Below, piece after piece: positions 57,769 through 64,000 of a DNA stretch of 64,000 bases. This DNA comes from a virus. A program made the position numbers and the translations under genes. The notes under the pieces are model-generated. The model was not told the origin of the DNA and did not search any database. It saw only the letters and a program-made list of their open reading frames with translations. Every line of letters begins with the position of its first letter. Within the stretch, counting starts at the first letter, position 1. The DNA lies in the IMG/VR virus record IMGVR_UViG_3300032284_002783, positions 1 to 64,000 of that record; one strand, written 5' to 3'.

Positions 57769-58399
57769 TTGCTAGATTTTTGATTTGCCTTTTAGCGGTC
57801 ATAGCTTTATCAAGACTGGCTTGATATCTGCTCTCATATATATCTTGTTTTATTTTATCCGTATTTTTTTGGAGCTTTCTTTTATATACAAGTGCATCAA
57901 TTTTATGGGCAGTATAAATGTCATCTTGTTCAAACAATTTTCTAATTTCTTTACAATTAGTAAATTTACCATTGTTCAATGCTCTAACCACAGCTAATGC
58001 AGTTTCATAAAGGCTTATATCATCTGCTATCACATCATTGGTTATTGAATGATATATGCTATAATATTGTTTACCAGCTAAACGTTTGGCATTTTCTTTT
58101 ATCATTATTTGATATCGTCCGACATTTACACCGTCTTTGACTCTTTCAGTTTGAATGGCTTCAACGAGCTCTTTATCTACACTTTCATGTAATGTTACAG
58201 GAGTAGGCAAATTATTCAATTTAGTTAGAATGTTAGCCATGGCCGAAATATCAGCTTGTGTAGGCACTCCGGGACCTGCTAATTCAACAGGTGAAGTTCC
58301 TTCTACATGGTGTTGTGTTGGAGCCGGTGCTACGGGATTTCCATTAAGAATATTCAACAGGCGAGACATAGCATCTTTATCTTGTTGGCTAACTGTCAT
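57758..58399 (-). CDS. Hypothetical protein
   Basis: 213 aa, AGGAGG RBS. Confidence 0.7.
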   Translation of the reverse strand: MTVSQQDKDAMSRLLNILNGNPVAPAPTQHHVEGTSPVELAGPGVPTQADISAMANILTKLNNLPTPVTLHESVDKELVEAIQTERVKDGVNVGRYQIMIKENAKRLAGKQYYSIYHSITNDVIADDISLYETALAVVRALNNGKFTNCKEIRKLFEQDDIYTAHKIDALVYKRKLQKNTDKIKQDIYESRYQASLDKAMTAKRQIKNLANVR

Positions 58400-58401
58400 G
58401 T

Positions 58402-58632
58402 TTATCCTCCTAGCATATCATCTATTGGGGTCGAAACGAAATAAAGTTTGTCTTGCATTTTGACTCTAGTCAATATACCTCTATTAACCAGATTTTTGGC
58501 TAGTTCTTTTTCTCTTTCTGTAAGACTTTCTTTAGGTAACGGCTTTTGATATTCTTTTACCTTTTCTAAAAGAATATTTTCTTCGTTGCTAACTGGTTGC
58601 AAAATACTGCCGGCTATTTCTATAAATTTCAT
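58402..58632 (-). CDS. Small winged-helix-like hypothetical protein
   Basis: LTEREKELAKNLVNRGIL. Confidence 0.6.
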   Translation of the reverse strand: MKFIEIAGSILQPVSNEENILLEKVKEYQKPLPKESLTEREKELAKNLVNRGILTRVKMQDKLYFVSTPIDDMLGG

Positions 58633-59318
58633 GCTTGTGTCATTTTTTTAGCTGTTTGAATTAAAAATGCTCCTAATCCAACTGCTGTATCTAATTTTGG
58701 TTCGATATCTGCTGGTATTTCATTCTTAGCTTTCATGTCATTAATGACAGTGTTTAAGCCAATTAACACCTGCCCAACTGTTGCCAATCTAGCAGCACCG
58801 GGATTGTTTTTATATTCACCGGCTATGTTAGCTCTCATAAGTTGTTGAAACATATTTGTAGCATCGGCTTCTTCTAATACGTCTCCAGATATTTCTTCAG
58901 GTTCTGTAGGTTCGCAAATATTGGTGGTACTTAATCCTGCAAGCTGCATCATACGATTTAGAGGATTTAACGGCTGCATAGTTCCCATAACAGCCTCAGA
59001 CAACGAAGTATTTAAGACCATTTTCAGTTTACCTTCGTATAATATTCCAACGGTATTATTTGGACCTTGTGGAATTTCAACTGTAACTTCATTGCCTTTA
59101 TAAACGGCTGTATCGCCTTTTGTCCAATTACTATCATTCATATCGATTGCCTCCGAAACTTGTAAAGGGTGTTTAGCATTTCGGCTCCATCTATCATGTA
59201 CACTATTCCATTCGGCTTCATTAACAGTGTCTTGTGGGGCCATAAGTCTACGAGCTTTCATATCTTCCTCCAAGTTTTTAATAAAATCTTTGTTTAGATA
59301 ATCACGTAAGGAACTCAT
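58629..59318 (-). CDS. Hypothetical (head-associated) protein
   Basis: 229 aa, RMMQLAGL motif, multiple xxE junctions. Confidence 0.65.
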   Translation of the reverse strand: MSSLRDYLNKDFIKNLEEDMKARRLMAPQDTVNEAEWNSVHDRWSRNAKHPLQVSEAIDMNDSNWTKGDTAVYKGNEVTVEIPQGPNNTVGILYEGKLKMVLNTSLSEAVMGTMQPLNPLNRMMQLAGLSTTNICEPTEPEEISGDVLEEADATNMFQQLMRANIAGEYKNNPGAARLATVGQVLIGLNTVINDMKAKNEIPADIEPKLDTAVGLGAFLIQTAKKMTQA

Positions 59319-59470
59319 TTGCGTTCCTTACTAATTGGAAAAAATGTTTTTTGTAGCGTTGAGGATTTTTCAACAGATGCGGGTTTCCAAACGGTTTTCA
59401 ATTTACCATTTTTGCGTATAATTTTTTTTACTTTTGATATTGGTGGTCCAAAAAGCTCATCGAGGATCAT
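59315..59470 (-). CDS. Small basic protein (51 aa)
   Basis: MILDELFG start; TAAATA upstream; ATGA coupling. Confidence 0.5.
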   Translation of the reverse strand: MILDELFGPPISKVKKIIRKNGKLKTVWKPASVEKSSTLQKTFFPISKERK

Positions 59471-59504
59471 AAGTTTACCTGTTGTCAACAAGATATTTAT
59501 CAAA

Positions 59505-59533
59505 AAGAAAGGCGCATCTTCTGCGCCTTTCTT
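59505..59533. terminator. Intrinsic terminator
   Basis: AAGAAAGGCGCA-TCTTC-TGCGCCTTTCTT. Confidence 0.75.
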
Positions 59534-59552
59534 GAACAATATAACTCTAATA

Positions 59553-60170
59553 TTAGAGTGATGTTCTTCGTTGTGCAATGACGTTACGTGCGTTGTCACT
59601 ACCGCTAACAACGAATGTGCTTACGCCAACTGGTGTAGCTAGATCCTGTACAGCAACTCCGTCGAGTACGTTTAGGAACTGATAACCTAGTTCATTGCTT
59701 TCTGCGGCTGAGCTGACATTCCATAGAAGTGTCTTTTCAGTTGCAATGTTTACAGTTGTTACAGTAAATGTTCCATTGAAGTCACTACCGAGGTTAGTTG
59801 CATTCAAGAAAGCACTGTATGTGCTTGTGTTTGGATTTTCATTTACTGAGCTTACGCTGATAGCAACTGGGTTAGCGCGAGTAGCAAAAAGCTGAATCAA
59901 AAGATTCAAGTTGTTCTGCTTCTTTAGAGCGTCTACGTAAGATGCCTGTGTGTTATATGTAACTGGGTTACCAGAACCGTCAATTACTGTAACTGGCTGC
60001 CAAGTTGTGTATCCCTGTTGTGTGTAGAGATAAGCAACTGGAGTTGTTACGTTGGTCTGTGCCATTGGCACTACGGTCTTAACGGTATAGAAATCCATTT
60101 TGCCGGTGAGGAACTCACCACCATGGACTCCGCCATTTACCTTATCATTTGTACCTGTATTATAGGACAT
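59553..60170 (-). CDS. Probable abundant virion protein
   Basis: T/N/V-rich; AAGGAG RBS, TAAATA upstream, own terminator. Confidence 0.7.
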   Translation of the reverse strand: MSYNTGTNDKVNGGVHGGEFLTGKMDFYTVKTVVPMAQTNVTTPVAYLYTQQGYTTWQPVTVIDGSGNPVTYNTQASYVDALKKQNNLNLLIQLFATRANPVAISVSSVNENPNTSTYSAFLNATNLGSDFNGTFTVTTVNIATEKTLLWNVSSAAESNELGYQFLNVLDGVAVQDLATPVGVSTFVVSGSDNARNVIAQRRTSL

Positions 60171-60226
60171 AAAAGTTCTCCTTTGTTAAAATGCAAGTGT
60201 TTTTGCAATATTATTTAGCTGAGGAG

Positions 60227-60985
60227 TTATTTTTTACGCTTCTTAGCGCTTTTATTAGTTTTTCTTGGTTTTCTATGTATTTGTTGCTGCATAGGTGCAA
60301 AGAAACTTTGCCCAGGTGGCATTCTTTTAATTACAGCACCCATAGGAGACGCTACACTGGCTATTGATCCAGCACCCGATGCTCCTCCGCTTGCTGTTTC
60401 ATTTACAGTCTCTAAACGTATGCATTCTTTTAAGCTGTTATCAACAGCTTCTTTTTGCTTTTTCAATAGTTCTACAACTTTATCAATATTACCTGCATCC
60501 AACTCTTTTTGTATAGCTGTTTTGATCTGCTGGACCAACGGCGAATCATTTCTGTTTAAATGTTCTATTGCTTGTTTTACCTTTTCAATATCAATCTGTG
60601 GGGGTTTAGTAGCTGCAGTTTTTGTTTTGTTCTTATCTGATATTGTAGATTTTTTAGTGACATCTTTCTTTGTCGTTGCAGATGACGCCGGAGCAGATGT
60701 TGGTTGTTTTGCTCGTGCAACGGCTTTATCTATAACTTCTTTACCTAAACCGGCTTGAGTAAAAATATTTTTAATGTCATCCTTGTTTATAAGGATATTT
60801 GCTATAGAATCTGCTGTTATTTTTTTATCTTTTAACTTTGTTCCAACAAGTTTTACAAATTCATCGGCTATTGCTTTGATTTTGTTGGCACTTAAGCCGT
60901 CTTGCTCTTCTAGGAATCTATTTTCATAAAGATTTTTAAGTACTGCTTGACGAAGAATATCAATTTTAAATTCAGTATATCTCAT
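60227..60985 (-). CDS. Hypothetical (internal head-type) protein
   Basis: MRYTEF start; ETASGGASGAGSIASV module. Confidence 0.65.
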   Translation of the reverse strand: MRYTEFKIDILRQAVLKNLYENRFLEEQDGLSANKIKAIADEFVKLVGTKLKDKKITADSIANILINKDDIKNIFTQAGLGKEVIDKAVARAKQPTSAPASSATTKKDVTKKSTISDKNKTKTAATKPPQIDIEKVKQAIEHLNRNDSPLVQQIKTAIQKELDAGNIDKVVELLKKQKEAVDNSLKECIRLETVNETASGGASGAGSIASVASPMGAVIKRMPPGQSFFAPMQQQIHRKPRKTNKSAKKRKK

Positions 60986-60986
60986 T

Positions 60987-61628
60987 TCAAAATCCTAAAT
61001 CTTTTAAGGCACCGTCAAGAGCGGCCTTAGCTTTTTCTAAGTCATCTTTACTTGCCCCTGTAACATCAACCGGGGCTGCTGTAGCCGCCGGAGAAGGTGT
61101 AGGAGTCGGTGTTGGAGCAGGTGTAGGAGTCGGTGTAGGTGTTGGAGCAGGTGTAGGGGTTGGTGGTTGAGTATTAGGATTAGGATCTTCTATATTTTTC
61201 GTTTCAATTTTTTTATTAAGCCATTTAATGCATGATAATCTTACTATATATTCGCATATCTGTTTTGATATATTAGCTCTTTGTTCTTTAGTACCAACCG
61301 AATCAGCACCGCCAATTGGTTCATCAATTTTCAAATATGTAGATTGGTATTCATTCCATTTTCCGGCTACAACAGATTTGATAAATGGCTCTAACTTTTT
61401 ATCTTTTATAATGTCTCTTATGTCATCATTGTCAAAGTCAAAAGTATTTTTAATTGTCATAAACCTATATAAACTTCTCCAGGTTACTTCATCCCACTCT
61501 TCGCCTTGTCGACCACGCCAATCATCAAGTTTTCTTAAATTATCTTGAACATATCGATTTAAGATGTTCTTACCCTGTTCATTTGGTTTTTTCCAAAAAT
61601 CAAGAAAACCTTCATTCATCTTAGTCAT
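60987..61628 (-). CDS. Hypothetical protein with Pro-Thr linker
   Basis: MTKMNEG start; PTPTPAPTPT repeat about 61090-61170. Confidence 0.7.
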   Translation of the reverse strand: MTKMNEGFLDFWKKPNEQGKNILNRYVQDNLRKLDDWRGRQGEEWDEVTWRSLYRFMTIKNTFDFDNDDIRDIIKDKKLEPFIKSVVAGKWNEYQSTYLKIDEPIGGADSVGTKEQRANISKQICEYIVRLSCIKWLNKKIETKNIEDPNPNTQPPTPTPAPTPTPTPTPAPTPTPTPSPAATAAPVDVTGASKDDLEKAKAALDGALKDLGF

Positions 61629-61870
61629 GAATTTTTCCTTATTTCTTTTATTTTGCGAACAAACTTTTTTTGATCTGCACTGGCAATACTTCTGTGTAAT
61701 CTTTTTACTAAATCTTCTGCTATTTCAGGTTCATAGCTTTCTCTAATTAATGTTATAAGATTTAAAGCACTGGCAATTAAATGCACAGCTCTGCTTTCAA
61801 TAATTGCATGCTTGTTTTTAGCAGGAACTATACTGTCTAATTCTTCAATAATACTTTTGATGTTGTCCAC
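61625..61870 (-). CDS. Conserved phage hypothetical protein (81 aa)
   Basis: GTG start; SIIEELD...IESRA..LI.SA.NL. Confidence 0.6.
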   Translation of the reverse strand: MDNIKSIIEELDSIVPAKNKHAIIESRAVHLIASALNLITLIRESYEPEIAEDLVKRLHRSIASADQKKFVRKIKEIRKNS

Positions 61871-61944
61871 AATAAGACCTATTCTTTTAACACAATATTT
61901 ATGAGTAATTAACCATAAATATACCAATAATATAGGAGTCAAAA

Positions 61945-62667
61945 ATGAGTTTAGCACCGGAAAATTTCCGTGTAATTGCCGATAGAATTGAGCAATTGAT
62001 GAACGAAGCCGAAAAAATTGACGGAGAACCAAGTGCCGACGATAATAATCGTAAATCACTAGATGATTTGTTAAGCAGTCCAGCCGGAGCTAAAAAATTA
62101 GCTGATCAAATTGATAAAAATAAACTTGTTAATATTTTAAAACTTGATACAGCAGACGGCGACGATTTATGGATGAGCATCCAAAATTTAAGCAAAGACA
62201 GTCCAACTATTAGCAAAGAAAACAGTTTAGCTATTTTGAAGGCTTTTCAAAAGTTAGCTCCAAAAAGTGGCAGTGAAGATGCACTATCTATTAATGAAGC
62301 TTTCTTGATTGAAAAATATAATAAAAACTTTGATGACCCTGTAGGATGGTCAATTGTAGAAAAAACAATAAAAAAAGCCAGTGAAATCAGTCCTCTAGCG
62401 AAGGATTATGCACTACATCTAGCCAACACACTAACTAAAGGTAGTAAAAACAGAAACCTCGACGAGGGATTAGAAGGTGTTTTCAACGCTGTAATATATG
62501 CTGTTTCTATTGCCGAAACTGGCGATCGTTCTGCACTGTTGCACATGATAGATGATTTTGAAACCAAATATGAAGGCGATACATATGCGTTTGATCAGAA
62601 TCTCTGGAACGACCTAATGAAAAATCTCAAAGGTTCAGCTAAAGAAGTATTGGTAAGAGCAAAATAA
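61945..62667 (+). CDS. Hypothetical acidic protein
   Basis: AGGAG RBS, TAAATA upstream. Confidence 0.7.
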   Translation: MSLAPENFRVIADRIEQLMNEAEKIDGEPSADDNNRKSLDDLLSSPAGAKKLADQIDKNKLVNILKLDTADGDDLWMSIQNLSKDSPTISKENSLAILKAFQKLAPKSGSEDALSINEAFLIEKYNKNFDDPVGWSIVEKTIKKASEISPLAKDYALHLANTLTKGSKNRNLDEGLEGVFNAVIYAVSIAETGDRSALLHMIDDFETKYEGDTYAFDQNLWNDLMKNLKGSAKEVLVRAK

Positions 62668-64000
62668 TTAGCGTCTAATTAAAGCTGTAAGGCTACTAAG
62701 GTCCTTAATACTTTTGATTTCGCCCGTTGGTGCAGAGTCAGGTTTGCTACCAGAATTGTTTTTACGTCTTAAATCTGCAAAAACATCAGCGGTTGTATTT
62801 GTTCTTACAACATCCTGAGATTCGTCATCTATATTGAAAATCTTAAGAGTGTTTGGATCAAATCCCAGTGCCACTTTGCTTCCTACACCGCTGCTACTTC
62901 TAGTCTTCAAAAACTGTATCTGATATTGTCCGCGCTCTTTCATTGCCGCACTAGCAAAAATTGAGATAACATTATCAGCTGTTTGAATCTTTGAAATACC
63001 ACCCGATATATGGCTGTGATCATGTTCCTGCTCTTGCACAGCACCTCTGTTAAGCTGAGCAGCAGTTTGACCAATCATCTGTCTTTCAACCATTAGACCT
63101 CTAAGCTCTTCGGTGACGAACTTATCCTTCACAAACAGATTAGACACATCAATCTTCTTGTTATTTGGAAATAATAGATCCAAATAGTCTACTACTAATA
63201 CGTCTGGTTTACGCTGTGTCTTGATCTCATAGTTTTTCAAATAAGCCTTGATATCATTTACAGTGCTACCCTGCGGCATTTGCTTGACATGCAAGCTACC
63301 ACTCTTGTGTCCTATTTGCTTAACTTTGATTTCAACTTCGTCTATTCTTCTAAAAACTTCTTTAGTTGGTACTTCACTGCACATACTATCCATACGCATA
63401 GAGCACAGTTCTTCACTTAGTTCCAGCGTTATGTAGATAACATTAAGACCTTGTCTGCTAAAGTTAATAGCTAGATTTTGCAAGAACAAACTTTTACCAA
63501 CACCAGATCCTGCACACCAAATAGTTATTTCACCTCTATTAACTCCGCCATAAAGTTTGTCATCTACATTCTTCCAGCCAGTAGTAACCTGTCCGTTTTT
63601 ATCTTTAATTCTTAGCAGTCTTGATCTAGGATCTTCAAAGTAGTTTGTACCAATATCACTTTGCAAGCTGATTAATATAGCTTCTCTTACACGCTTTTCA
63701 ACTTCGCCGTAGTTGCCTTTTTCAATTAAATCTGCTGCATTGATAACTGCATTTGCTAGAGCTCTGTTTTTGCAAAACTCTTCTATTTCATCAAGAAATG
63801 CTTCTTGATGCTGAGGTCCAATATCAGATATATGCGTAAAATCTAAACTAGTTTCTGCATTAACCTGCTCAACTTTAGGTAATACGTTATATTCATTTGC
63901 ATGCTTTATCATAAATCTTACCGCAGGGCGCAGTTTATTAACAAAATAGTCTGCATTTAAGATATTTTGACATCTAGCGAAGATTTCACTAGAGCTCAGC
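62668..64000 (-). CDS. Replicative DnaB/gp41-like helicase (5' end beyond window)
   Basis: GSGVGKS, ITLELSE, VVDYLDL, AAQLNR, KTRSS; frame stays open past 63912 to the edge. Confidence 0.93.
   Translation of the reverse strand, partial: LSSSEIFARCQNILNADYFVNKLRPAVRFMIKHANEYNVLPKVEQVNAETSLDFTHISDIGPQHQEAFLDEIEEFCKNRALANAVINAADLIEKGNYGEVEKRVREAILISLQSDIGTNYFEDPRSRLLRIKDKNGQVTTGWKNVDDKLYGGVNRGEITIWCAGSGVGKSLFLQNLAINFSRQGLNVIYITLELSEELCSMRMDSMCSEVPTKEVFRRIDEVEIKVKQIGHKSGSLHVKQMPQGSTVNDIKAYLKNYEIKTQRKPDVLVVDYLDLLFPNNKKIDVSNLFVKDKFVTEELRGLMVERQMIGQTAAQLNRGAVQEQEHDHSHISGGISKIQTADNVISIFASAAMKERGQYQIQFLKTRSSSGVGSKVALGFDPNTLKIFNIDDESQDVVRTNTTADVFADLRRKNNSGSKPDSAPTGEIKSIKDLSSLTALIRR

Noticed and set aside
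61090-61170. Tandem DNA repeat as a regulatory or mobile element
   Set aside because: Simply encodes a Pro-Thr linker
1-64000. Bacterial chromosome or plasmid origin
   Set aside because: Host-like genes are interleaved with T4-type late promoters, virion genes and phage-type topoisomerase/helicase; no rRNA or typical bacterial operons

Overview
64 kb segment of a large AT-rich, T4-like (myovirus/jumbo-type) phage genome, most likely infecting an Alphaproteobacterium. Host evidence: a two-piece permuted tmRNA with an ANDN-type tag, an alphaproteobacterial-type OmpA, and a ROSE/RpoH-controlled sHSP. Standard genetic code; most genes are on the minus strand; T4-type late promoters (TATAAATA/TAAATA) recur. 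Core phage genes: DnaB/gp41 helicase (runs off the right edge), nrdA/nrdB/glutaredoxin, two topoisomerase II subunits, a PD-(D/E)XK exonuclease, and tail, baseplate and head-type proteins. Host-derived cargo is unusually rich: iscU (split by an intein at a cluster-ligand Cys), two iscA, clpS, clpX, sHSP, rpsU, infC, tilS, an Smr nuclease, speD, speB, and a degenerate queD. A 9 kb island encodes three membrane desaturases, three PP-loop ATPases, GNAT-like proteins and cupin/dioxygenases. There are four large structured non-coding loci: a GOLLD-like RNA with an embedded degenerate tRNA, an unassigned multi-pseudoknot RNA of about 300 nt, an unassigned tRNA-like RNA of about 234 nt, and the tmRNA. 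Many genes appear leaderless. All calls come from manual motif reading; no searches were run.
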